A DNA stretch of 64,000 nucleotides from an uncultured Klebsiella sp. (lineage in GTDB: Bacteria > Pseudomonadota > Gammaproteobacteria > Pseudomonadales > UBA5518), in assembly GCA_964610955.1 (NCBI GenBank), contig CAZSYV010000001.1, positions 17,305 to 81,304 on the forward strand, in the 5' to 3' direction. Shown piece by piece: positions 56,014 through 64,000 of the stretch. Made by a program: the position numbers and the translations under genes. Below the pieces are notes generated by a model that saw nothing but the letters and a program-made list of their open reading frames with translations, searched no databases and had not been told where the DNA came from. Positions within the stretch are counted from its first letter, which is position 1. Each line of letters begins with the position of its first letter.

Positions 56014-57617
56014 ACGTCGAGTCGCTTCGGCAGATCCATGGTCGGCTCCGCACCGATCACGATCTCGCCACGCCCGAGCTTCGAGTGGCGCAACCCATAG
56101 CCGAAATAAAGCAGCATGCCGCAGCCCAGATACACGAGGAAGAAGTTCCGCGTCTCGGTCTTGCCCATCAGGGACAGCAGCAGCAACAGGCACATTGCCG
56201 CCCCGATGAGCGGTACATATGGAAACCACGGGCTGCGGAACGGGCGCACGAGATCCGGCTGGGTATAGCGCAGGTACACCACTGTCAGACAGACCATCGC
56301 AAACGCCGACAGCGAACCGACATTGGTGAGCGCTGCCAGCGAGTCGAGTGACATGAAGCCGGCAAAGCATGCAGCAACGAAGCCCACGATCAGGGTATCG
56401 ATCCACGGCGTGCGGTAGCGCGGGTGCACGCGCGCAAACACCGGTGGCAGCAGACCGTCGCGCGCCATGGTGTAGAAGATCCGCGTCTGCCCGTACAGCA
56501 GCACCAGCATGACCGAGGAAATGCCGGCAATGGCGCCGATCTTCACCAGTATCGCGAACCACGGCAGGCCGATCCGGTTCACCGCCATCGCGATCGGAGC
56601 CGGGTCATCGAGTTCCGCATAGGGCACGATGCCGACCAGTACGGCAGACGTCAGAATGTAGAGCACGGTGCAGATCAGCAGTGAACCGATGATGCCGATC
56701 GGCATGTCACGCGCCGGATTGCGCGACTCGGAACCCGCAGTGGATACGGCCTCGAAGCCCAGGTAGGCAAAGAAGATGGTGGCTGCCGCCGTGACCAGTC
56801 CCGTCAGGCCGTAGCGTGAGGTGTTCTGTCCGCTCAGTACATCGCCCAGCGCGCGCAGGATATCGGCCAGCCAGCCGCGCTCGGTGCCTTCGGGTGGCGG
56901 TGGAACCTGCTCGGGTATCAGCGGCGACCAGTTGGCCGTGTCGACGAAGAATGCGCCGACACCGATGAATGCAATCACCACGCTCAGCTTGATCATGACC
57001 ACGATGTTGTTGGCCGTTGCCGACTCCTGTATGCCGAGCACCAGCAGGCCGGTGATGGCCACGATCGCAACGATCGCCGGCACATTGACCACACCATGCG
57101 CCACGACCTGCATACCCTCACGCACGGCAACACCGGGGGCAGCACTCAGCTCGGGCGGGACATGGATCCCGAAGTCGTGCAGCAGACTGACCACATAGCT
57201 CGACCAGCCAACGGCCACCGTCGCGGCGGCAAGCCCGTACTCGAGCACCAGCAGCAAACCCATGAACCAGGCCACGAATTCGCCCATCGACGCGTAGGAG
57301 TACGAGTACGCAGATCCCGACACCGGCAGCATCGATGCCAGCTCCGCGTAGCACAGGGCGACGAAACCGCACAGGAAGCCGGTGATCACGAAGGAAATCA
57401 TGATCCCCGGCCCCGCATACTCGGCCGCTGCACGCCCGGTCAGCACGAAGATGCCGGTACCGATGATGCAGCCGATTCCCAGCGAGACCAGGTTCAGCGC
57501 CCCGAGGCTCTTCCTGAGTTCCCCCCGGGCGTGTTCAGCCTGCATCTGGCCGACGGATTTGCGTATGAACAAACGGCCGACGCCGGTCATGACCGTCGGA
57601 CGGGAACCGCTCGCCAT
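56010..57617 (-). CDS. APC-family amino-acid permease (cationic amino-acid transporter-like)
   Basis: ...LNLVSLGIGCIIGTGIFVLTG...AGPGIMISFVITGF...YAELASMLPVSGSAYSYSY... Its stop overlaps the SulP stop (TTAG). Confidence 0.9.
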   Translation of the reverse strand: MASGSRPTVMTGVGRLFIRKSVGQMQAEHARGELRKSLGALNLVSLGIGCIIGTGIFVLTGRAAAEYAGPGIMISFVITGFLCGFVALCYAELASMLPVSGSAYSYSYASMGEFVAWFMGLLLVLEYGLAAATVAVGWSSYVVSLLHDFGIHVPPELSAAPGVAVREGMQVVAHGVVNVPAIVAIVAITGLLVLGIQESATANNIVVMIKLSVVIAFIGVGAFFVDTANWSPLIPEQVPPPPEGTERGWLADILRALGDVLSGQNTSRYGLTGLVTAAATIFFAYLGFEAVSTAGSESRNPARDMPIGIIGSLLICTVLYILTSAVLVGIVPYAELDDPAPIAMAVNRIGLPWFAILVKIGAIAGISSVMLVLLYGQTRIFYTMARDGLLPPVFARVHPRYRTPWIDTLIVGFVAACFAGFMSLDSLAALTNVGSLSAFAMVCLTVVYLRYTQPDLVRPFRSPWFPYVPLIGAAMCLLLLLSLMGKTETRNFFLVYLGCGMLLYFGYGLRHSKLGRGEIVIGAEPTMDLPKRLDV

Positions 57618-57778
57618 GGCAGACGCTCCTTATCGGGTTGGGCAAGTATAGGTTGCACACTCCCCCGCTCCCAGAGCGCCACATCGCAGCGTGCCGATGC
57701 CCTTGCTGCCACCAGGATGCAGGAGCCGATATAGTAGTGGCAGCTCTCACATCATTCATTCGAGGAGCCGGATCCAGG

Positions 57779-58435
57779 ATGCCAGCGCAGCAACCCGGCA
57801 GCGACAGTGCCCACTGGCATGCGTTTCATGGCGTACGGGCGCTGAAGTCCACCCATCCCGAAGTGCGGCGACTGAAGCGCCGCGAAGAGAGTCCAAGCCT
57901 GCACGGCAACAAGGTCTGGCACTCGAGCTTCGCGCTGATCGACTACCTGCATCGGCATCCGCCGCGCCAGGGTGTACGCGTCATCGACATCGGTTGCGGC
58001 TGGGGACTCAACGGCATCTGGCTCGCACGGCGCTGCGGTGCTCGTGTGCTGGCGATCGATGCGGATCCTGCGGTCGAGCCCTATCTGCGCCTGCAGGCGC
58101 GGGTCAACCACGTCGACATCGAATTTCTCAACCGTCGCTTCGAACAGCTCGATGCCAGGCTGCTGCGCGGCGCCGAGCTGCTGACGGGAACGGACATCTG
58201 CTTCTGGGACGAGATGGTCGAGCCGCTGTATCGCCTGCTGCTGCGCGCCCGCAAGGCAGGTGTGCGGACTGCAATCATTGCCGACCCCGGGCGCTCACCC
58301 TTCTGGGCACTCGCTGCGCGCGCCGAACAGCGCTTTGCAGCCAGGGTGGTGAGCCACGCCAGCGGTCGGCGTGGCACGGCAGCAAAACAGCTGCTGATCA
58401 GTGACCTTTCCGGTGCTGGCGCACTCAGTTTCTGA
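57779..58435 (+). CDS. Class I SAM-dependent methyltransferase
   Basis: Motif I VIDIGCGWGLNG and ...VLAIDADP... A GAGGAG RBS lies upstream of ATG 57779. The track start at 57638 is an over-extension. Confidence 0.8.
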   Translation: MPAQQPGSDSAHWHAFHGVRALKSTHPEVRRLKRREESPSLHGNKVWHSSFALIDYLHRHPPRQGVRVIDIGCGWGLNGIWLARRCGARVLAIDADPAVEPYLRLQARVNHVDIEFLNRRFEQLDARLLRGAELLTGTDICFWDEMVEPLYRLLLRARKAGVRTAIIADPGRSPFWALAARAEQRFAARVVSHASGRRGTAAKQLLISDLSGAGALSF

Positions 58436-59000
58436 CTGCAGGAGGCGCTGCCAGCCAGTCGACGACGACGGCACCACGCAGTTCACCGGCAACGAAACCC
58501 GTTGCCTGGTCATCGGGATAGCGTTCGGCGAGCGCCTTGCGTACCGGCTCCGCAATGTTGGCACCATGACACGTCTCGCACGGCGGCTGGGTCAGGATCG
58601 CCTTCATGTAGCGCGCCGAACCGTCATCACTGCGCGTGAAGGACTCCAGCGTGCCCGCATCCTCGCCGGCGCCGAGCCGTTGCGCAAATGCCTCGAGTAC
58701 CTCACGCGCGCGCTCATCGGGTGTGTTCTCCGGATTGCGCACGCGCAGCGCCGTGCGCCACACCCGCACACCGGCCTCACTGCCGACCTGATCGGCAATC
58801 TCGGGCGCACGGGTCTGGCAGACCTCGATCGCCGCCACGGGACCGCCCGCTGAAATCGCCTGCAGCAACTCGTCCTTGAGTCTCGCCTGCATCGTCATTG
58901 CCACTTCCCGCGAGACGAGCAGACGTGAATCGGCGTCCTCGATCGCGTGCACTTCAGGGGCAATCGCAAGGACCATCATGATGGTGGCAATCATTCGCAT
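58425..59000 (-). CDS. Periplasmic c-type haem protein, DUF3365 (Tll0287-like) family
   Basis: Signal peptide MRMIATIMMVLAIAPEVHA, a single CxxCH (CETCH) near the C-terminus, and ...FVAGELRGAVVV... AGGAG RBS. Confidence 0.8.
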   Translation of the reverse strand: MRMIATIMMVLAIAPEVHAIEDADSRLLVSREVAMTMQARLKDELLQAISAGGPVAAIEVCQTRAPEIADQVGSEAGVRVWRTALRVRNPENTPDERAREVLEAFAQRLGAGEDAGTLESFTRSDDGSARYMKAILTQPPCETCHGANIAEPVRKALAERYPDDQATGFVAGELRGAVVVDWLAAPPAVRN

Positions 59001-59111
59001 GGCGGATCTCCTACAGACACGACGGCGACAGGCGATCCGCGCTGCGGAATTGCTCAGATGTCGGTCGAATCATATATTAGTGTTCTCGAATGTGGCAATT
59101 GCAGACACCCC

Positions 59112-59456
59112 ATGCCCAAGACACGTGCAGGCACTGCACCATCAGCACCGCAGATCATCACACAGGAACTCGCAGACCATGCCGAAGTGGCGACTGCTCT
59201 GCTGAAATGCATCGCGAATCCCCATCGGCTGATGATCCTGTGCCTGCTTGCCGAGGCCGAATCCTCGGTCGGTGCGCTGAATGCGCATGTCCGGCTCTCG
59301 CAATCGGCTCTCTCACAGCACCTGGCCGTGCTGCGCACCGAGCGCCTGGTGGGCACGCGTCGTGAGGCGCAGACGGTTTACTACCACATCGAGCCAGGAC
59401 CGGTACTCGAGATCATCCGCGTGCTGCACCATCATTTCTGCTCGCGCACCGGCTGA
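59112..59456 (+). CDS. ArsR/SmtB-family regulator, YgaV-like
   Basis: ...ATALLKCIANPHRLMILCLLAEAESSVGALNAHVRLSQSALSQHLAVLRTERLVGTRREAQTVYYHI... parallels E. coli YgaV as I remember it (LLKAMSHPKRLLILCML...SQHLARMRDEGL...). The alternative start is ATG 59058. Confidence 0.85.
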   Translation: MPKTRAGTAPSAPQIITQELADHAEVATALLKCIANPHRLMILCLLAEAESSVGALNAHVRLSQSALSQHLAVLRTERLVGTRREAQTVYYHIEPGPVLEIIRVLHHHFCSRTG

Positions 59457-59474
59457 TCGGTGCGCCCACACGGA

Positions 59475-59999
59475 TCACTCGGGTGCAGGCAAAGAAACCT
59501 CCATCGTCGGCAGCGCATCGGGCATGCCGCCAAGGGCAACCGCACAGCGTGAACTCGCGTTGAACGTCGCCAGCGTGACTGCCATCTGGCAAAGCTGGGC
59601 CGCCGTGAAGTGCCCGTGAAGGCGCTGCAACAGATCCACCGGAAACACCCCTGGATTGCGCAGATAGACATCCGCGAATTCCAGCACGGCCTTCTCGCGC
59701 TCACCAAGGCTGCTGGTGGCGAAATCGTCGTCGATCAGCGCCACGGTCGCCTCGCTCAGGCCATCGGCGCGCGCCACGTCATAGCGGGTCGCCTTGCAGA
59801 ACACGCAGTTCACCGTGCGCGCATTGCGCAACCTCAGCATCTCGATCAGTGCCGGGCGCACCCCGTTGCGGCGCCACACCGAGTCGTTCAGGCGAACGAT
59901 GACATCGATCAGCTGAGTCGCCAGTCCAAGGCTGCTGTCACGGATCACATGCCCCGTAGTTCCCGCCGGTGTCCCGACCCGTGGCCCTGCCCCGCCCAT
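59475..59999 (-). CDS. Carboxymuconolactone decarboxylase (AhpD-like) family protein
   Basis: ...LIEMLRLRNARTVNCVFCKATR... contains a CxxC in the AhpD-core position. Its ATG shares one base with the upstream stop (TGATG). Confidence 0.8.
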   Translation of the reverse strand: MGGAGPRVGTPAGTTGHVIRDSSLGLATQLIDVIVRLNDSVWRRNGVRPALIEMLRLRNARTVNCVFCKATRYDVARADGLSEATVALIDDDFATSSLGEREKAVLEFADVYLRNPGVFPVDLLQRLHGHFTAAQLCQMAVTLATFNASSRCAVALGGMPDALPTMEVSLPAPE

Positions 60000-60466
60000 C
60001 ACTGTGCCTCCCCCGTGAATCCTGCATCGATCGCCGTGAACATCATCGCCAGGCGGATGCGCGCATCGATGAATCCCAGGGACTCGACCAGGCAGACCAG
60101 CCCCGCATCGCCGTAGTGGTGTTTCACCGCATCGGCAAGCCCGTCGTCTATCGCTGCGGCATCCTGCGCGTACACCTCGGCGAATGCCAGTACGGCACGC
60201 TCTGCGTCATCGAACAGTGCGCTGCTCACATAGCTGCCATCGCGTACCTGAGCGCAACGCTGCGGCTCGACCTCCCGACCATGCCGGCAGTGGTTCGCCT
60301 CCTCGGTCGCACCGTGCATGACGGCAAGGCGCAGACGACAGAGCTCGAGCGCTCGTGGCGGCACATGGTCCTGGCGCCAGATGCGGTCCCAGACAGCGTC
60401 GAAGTCGCGCGCAAGCTCACCGGCCGGCGCAAGCACGACGGACAGGCTGTTGCTGTCGTATCGCAT
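59999..60466 (-). CDS. Second carboxymuconolactone decarboxylase (AhpD-like) family protein
   Basis: ...PRALELCRLRLAVMHGATEE... and ...ERAVLAFAEVYAQDAAAIDD... show the CMD-family helical pattern with no CxxC. A GGAGGAG RBS precedes ATG 60466. The track start at 60667 is over-extended. Confidence 0.75.
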   Translation of the reverse strand: MRYDSNSLSVVLAPAGELARDFDAVWDRIWRQDHVPPRALELCRLRLAVMHGATEEANHCRHGREVEPQRCAQVRDGSYVSSALFDDAERAVLAFAEVYAQDAAAIDDGLADAVKHHYGDAGLVCLVESLGFIDARIRLAMMFTAIDAGFTGEAQ

Positions 60467-60576
60467 CACTCCTCCATACCGGGCACACTCCGCCCAAACC
60501 TTCATCACTTCGATGCTTTCCGTTATTCTGCGCACATCCGGCCACGACCGGAAGGCCCCGGGTACGGAGGAGGCAT

Positions 60577-61488
60577 ATGCGCTGGCAGGGCGGGCGTCGA
60601 TCGGACAACGTCGAGGACCGTCGCGGCGAGGCTGCACCGGTGCGCATGAGCGCAGCAGGAGCGCCACTGCTGTTGCGCCTGTTGCCGTTGTTGCTGCGCA
60701 CGCGTGGTGGTCGTCTGCTGCTTGGCATCACCGCCCTCACGCTGGTCGGCGCGCGGCTGCTCGGCATCGACCTGCTCTCTCCCCTGCTCGGTGGAAGCGC
60801 CACCCCTGCAACGCCCCCTGCACCCGCGAGTATCTCGTCGACCGAGCGGGAGAAAACGGATTTCGTCGCCACGGTGCTTGCCGACACCGAGGACACATGG
60901 CACGAATTGTTCACCGGGCTGGGGCGCAGCTACGAAGAGCCTCGACTGGTGCTGTTTCACTCCAGCGTGCGCTCCGCCTGCGGTTTCGCCCAGTCCGCGA
61001 TGGGACCGTTCTACTGCCCCGCAGACCACCGGGTCTACCTCGACCTGACGTTCTTCGAGGAACTTGCACAGCGCTTCGGCGCCCCGGGTGATTTCGCCCA
61101 GGCCTACGTGATCGCCCACGAGGTCGGACACCATGTGCAGACGCTGCTCGGCATCTCCGGGCAGGTGCAGCGCGCCGGCCAGGGTGCATCGAAGGCGGCA
61201 GTGAATGCACTGTCGGTACGTCAGGAACTGCAGGCCGACTGCCTCGCTGGCGTCTGGGGCTACCATGCCGATCGTGTGCGCGGCATCCTCGATCCCGGGG
61301 ATCTCGAGGAGGCTCTTACCGCCGCCAGCGCGATCGGTGACGACCGCCTGCAGCAACAGGCACAGGGTCATGTCGTGCCCGACAGCTTCACCCACGGCAG
61401 CTCGAAGCAGCGTGTGCACTGGTTCAGGCGCGGCTTCGACTCCGGCAAGGTTGCGAACTGTGACACCTTTGGCCGAACCGACCCCTGA
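60577..61488 (+). CDS. ypfJ: YpfJ-family neutral zinc metallopeptidase
   Basis: MRWQGGRRSDNVEDRRG... is the typical N-terminus, followed by a TM helix, HExxH (AHEVGHH) and ...LQADCLAGVW...HGSSKQRVHWF... GGAGGAGG RBS. Confidence 0.9.
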   Translation: MRWQGGRRSDNVEDRRGEAAPVRMSAAGAPLLLRLLPLLLRTRGGRLLLGITALTLVGARLLGIDLLSPLLGGSATPATPPAPASISSTEREKTDFVATVLADTEDTWHELFTGLGRSYEEPRLVLFHSSVRSACGFAQSAMGPFYCPADHRVYLDLTFFEELAQRFGAPGDFAQAYVIAHEVGHHVQTLLGISGQVQRAGQGASKAAVNALSVRQELQADCLAGVWGYHADRVRGILDPGDLEEALTAASAIGDDRLQQQAQGHVVPDSFTHGSSKQRVHWFRRGFDSGKVANCDTFGRTDP

Positions 61489-61576
61489 TCGATGGCTGTG
61501 AAGGCAGACGTTGCGCTTGCATCATGGGAACGCCCTACTAGACTTCAGGCAAGTGTTTGCCCGCGAAGAGAATCGC

Positions 61577-62731
61577 ATGAACTGGGTCCTGATTCTGGCT
61601 ACGGCCATCGCAGGCATACTGATCGCGTATCTGACCGTCTTTCGCCGCCCTGCTCAGCGAAGCACGCCAGCGCCGCCCCTCGCGCCGCGACGACACCGCG
61701 CCGTGGCAACCGATACCGGGGCGGGGGTCGTGCCAGACACCGCCGAAGTGGCGGAAACGCCAGTCGAGGGCCCACTGCCTCCGGCACTGGTCGCGTTCTG
61801 GCTGGCAGATGAGCACGAGCTTGCACCCGATCGCTGCGCAGAGATCACCGAGCAGCTGCGCCACATCGTGATGCCACCGCGCGGCGTACAGCGTTTCATG
61901 AGTGCGGACATCACCACCGTCGATGCCTCACGCGAGCTTGCCGAACTGGTGATGAGCGAGCCCCGGTTGACCGCAAGGCTGCTGGGGCGGGCGAATTCAT
62001 CCTTCTATGGCCTGCAGATGCCGATCGGCAGTGTCCCGCACGCGATCACCTACCTGGGCATGAACGCGGTGCGCAGCATGGCGCTCAGTTTCCTGCTCGA
62101 GGAATCGTTCACATCGGATGACCCGAAACTGCGCGAATACCACGATCAGGTCTGGACTTCCGGTCTGTTCGCCTCGGAGCTCTGCTCACTGCTCGCGACC
62201 AGGCTCGGCTTCAGCGATGCGGCAACCCTCTGCACGCAGACCATACTCTCCTTCATCGGTGATCTCGCCGCACCGCCACTGCTCGGTAACGAGGCACACA
62301 GGGCATACGGCCTGGGACTGGTGGACAGGCTGCGTTTCGAACAGGAGACGATCGGCGCCAGCTCGATCCTGCTCGGCACGCTGGTGATGCGCGACTGGGG
62401 GTTGCCGGACACCATCGTCAGCTCCGTCTCGGCAACCGGGCGCGTGATCGCGACACCCGTAACACGGCTCCCCGAGGAAATCGCAGCACGCGCCGGATTT
62501 TCCTATGCCTGCACACGCATCGGCGAGGCAATCGCCAGGCGGCGGATCAAGCATATCGATCAGATCGACCTGCTCGACGGCGACGACCCCGAACTCCACC
62601 ACCTGCAGGGTTATCTACGCCTGCCGGCCCTCGCCCCCCTTGTGCAGCAGCTTGAATCCCCCGACATACGCATCCCGCTGATACGCATGATCGCTGCAGC
62701 AAACAGCGAAGCCTCATCCACCCCGGCATAG
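61577..62731 (+). CDS. HDOD-domain signalling protein with N-terminal TM helix
   Basis: MNWVLILATAIAGILIAYLTVF is the TM helix. The HDOD core reads ...ELAELVMSEPRLTARLLGRANSSFYGLQMPIGSVPHAITYLGMNAVRSMAL... Confidence 0.85.
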   Translation: MNWVLILATAIAGILIAYLTVFRRPAQRSTPAPPLAPRRHRAVATDTGAGVVPDTAEVAETPVEGPLPPALVAFWLADEHELAPDRCAEITEQLRHIVMPPRGVQRFMSADITTVDASRELAELVMSEPRLTARLLGRANSSFYGLQMPIGSVPHAITYLGMNAVRSMALSFLLEESFTSDDPKLREYHDQVWTSGLFASELCSLLATRLGFSDAATLCTQTILSFIGDLAAPPLLGNEAHRAYGLGLVDRLRFEQETIGASSILLGTLVMRDWGLPDTIVSSVSATGRVIATPVTRLPEEIAARAGFSYACTRIGEAIARRRIKHIDQIDLLDGDDPELHHLQGYLRLPALAPLVQQLESPDIRIPLIRMIAAANSEASSTPA

Positions 62732-62752
62732 AAACCTGAGCCGAACGCTCCC

Positions 62753-64000
62753 TCAGAAGCTCAGGCGCACACCCGCCTCGATGCTTCGCCCTGCCTCGGG
62801 CGCAATGTCACGCAGCGGCGATGCTGCATTGCGCACCTCGCGATCGAGCAGGTTCTCTCCGCGCAGAAAGACGCTCCACTCGTTGTCACCCACACGGAAC
62901 AGGTATTGTGCGTGTGCCGAGAGCAGCAGATGACCGGGAACTGCCGGCCCGGCGTCTCCGGTGTGCGGCTGGCGCAAGACACGCGTCAGGCGCAGGCCGA
63001 GATCCAGCGAAGGGCCGACCCAGCCAAGCAGCGCTGCAATGCGCGCCGCCGGCACACGCGGGACGTCCGCGCCACCGCTGAGCGTGCCACGCACACGATC
63101 GCCCGCCACGCCGATATGCCAGGCATCCGAAAACCGATAGCGCGCCTCGAGTTCTACCCCACGAAAGCGCGCATCGGCCGCACGCCAGTGGCGGACCGGA
63201 AGACACTCATCTGCGTCGTCACCAAGGCACTCGACAAGCATCAGCCTGCCGTGTGGATCAAACACCAGTCCGCTGTCGCGTTGATGAATGAAGTCACGGT
63301 AGCGCGTCTGAAACCATGCGATTTCGATATCGAGCCGCTCGCCGTGGAGGTGCCACCCCAGGTCGAGGTTCGTCGAACGCTCCACGCCAAGGGTGGAATC
63401 ACCGATCTCGTAACTCGCCGTTGCGACGTGGACTCCGTCGGAGTACAGCTCCTCGAAGCTCGGTGCGCGCCCGGCACGGCTCAGACCAAGCTTCAGTGTA
63501 TGACGCCCATCCAGTTGCCAGATCGCCGAGAGAGAGGCACTGTGGGTCGTGTACGACTGCCCGACATGGTCGCGCGGCTCGTGTTCGTCACGGTTCAGCC
63601 GCAACCCGAACTCCCACACGACATCGCCGAGGTGCAGATCCTCGACGAGGAACACCCCGCGTGATCGTGAATCGACAGCCGGCACGAAGGCCTCCTCACC
63701 CACAGCCACGAAATCGCGCCGACCGAACTGAACACCCGCCGCACCATGCAGATACTCGCTCAGACGGTGCACGACCTCGATCCGCCCATCGCGCGCACGA
63801 TTGCCGAAGCGCGTACCGAGCACACCATTCTCGATTTCGCCATGTTCGTAGTCCGACCAGGCAAGGTGCATGCGCAGCAACTCCATGCCGGGCAAGGGGT
63901 CTGTCACTTCACTGCGCAGCTCATGGCGCGTCTGTACCAGATCGATACGCACGCCGCCATGCTCGTGTTCTTCATGATCCCCCTCTGCGTGCCCGTGGCG
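62753..64000 (-). CDS. TonB-dependent receptor, C-terminal part (continues beyond right edge); His-rich loop
   Basis: The beta-barrel C-terminus ends ...SIEAGVRLSF. The frame stays open upstream of the GTG listed in the track, reading RHGHAEGDHEEHEHGG at 63953-64000. Confidence 0.85.
   Translation of the reverse strand, partial: RHGHAEGDHEEHEHGGVRIDLVQTRHELRSEVTDPLPGMELLRMHLAWSDYEHGEIENGVLGTRFGNRARDGRIEVVHRLSEYLHGAAGVQFGRRDFVAVGEEAFVPAVDSRSRGVFLVEDLHLGDVVWEFGLRLNRDEHEPRDHVGQSYTTHSASLSAIWQLDGRHTLKLGLSRAGRAPSFEELYSDGVHVATASYEIGDSTLGVERSTNLDLGWHLHGERLDIEIAWFQTRYRDFIHQRDSGLVFDPHGRLMLVECLGDDADECLPVRHWRAADARFRGVELEARYRFSDAWHIGVAGDRVRGTLSGGADVPRVPAARIAALLGWVGPSLDLGLRLTRVLRQPHTGDAGPAVPGHLLLSAHAQYLFRVGDNEWSVFLRGENLLDREVRNAASPLRDIAPEAGRSIEAGVRLSF

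Noticed and set aside
1-64000. Search for mobile elements, prophage, integron, toxin-antitoxin, CRISPR-Cas, defence islands, tRNA/rRNA and compositional islands
   Set aside because: There are no transposase, integrase, recombinase, phage or nuclease/ATPase defence-type genes. There are no terminal inverted repeats or attC-like sites. No noncoding gap exceeds about 210 nt. Composition and codon bias look uniform apart from short AT-richer promoter regions. The window looks like stable chromosomal backbone.

Overview
GC-rich proteobacterial (most likely gammaproteobacterial) chromosomal segment with strong G/C bias at third codon positions. It is almost entirely coding. I can support 54 protein-coding genes, two of them cut by the window edges. 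I see no rRNA, tRNA, CRISPR array, transposase, integrase or other mobile-element signature.

Gene content, left to right:
- ydbH-ynbE-ydbL envelope operon and maeB
- an ECF sigma/ChrR pair running into lemA-TPM-TPM
- a methyltransferase/epoxide hydrolase string with a divergent Baeyer-Villiger monooxygenase
- a RimK-like ATP-grasp ligase, a divergent GNAT-peptidase fusion and an EF-hand membrane protein
- a CPA2 antiporter
- a string of three flavoenzymes (DDN-like, OYE-like, PPOX-like) and a secreted amidohydrolase
- mscK plus a lipoprotein, trpBA and corA
- a VOC/SDR pair, a TonB-dependent receptor and a LuxR-type regulator, then metY
- a TetR-led acyl-CoA operon (ACAD, nitroreductase, SCPx-type thiolase, CoA ligase, Cys-less thiolase-like protein)
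- patatin-like lipase, CoA-transferase, DedA, SulP and an APC permease
- a small redox cluster (methyltransferase, c-heme DUF3365, YgaV-like ArsR regulator, two AhpD/CMD proteins)
- ypfJ, an HDOD protein and a His-rich TonB-dependent receptor

Many of the longest ORFs in the supplied track are antisense shadow ORFs or 5' over-extensions typical of high-GC DNA, and I rejected them.

Honest assessment: this is mostly ordinary metabolic and envelope backbone, and I found no clear-cut novel defence-like system. The best candidates for uncharacterised biology are:
1. the RimK-like ligase / GNAT-C39 peptidase / EF-hand membrane protein neighbourhood
2. the sigma-ChrR module, whose TGATCC-N16-CGT promoter-like motif recurs upstream of the deazaflavin-type flavoenzyme string
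3. the acyl-CoA operon, with its embedded nitroreductase and Cys-less thiolase-like protein

All family calls come from my own recognition of motifs in the translations. No database search was run.
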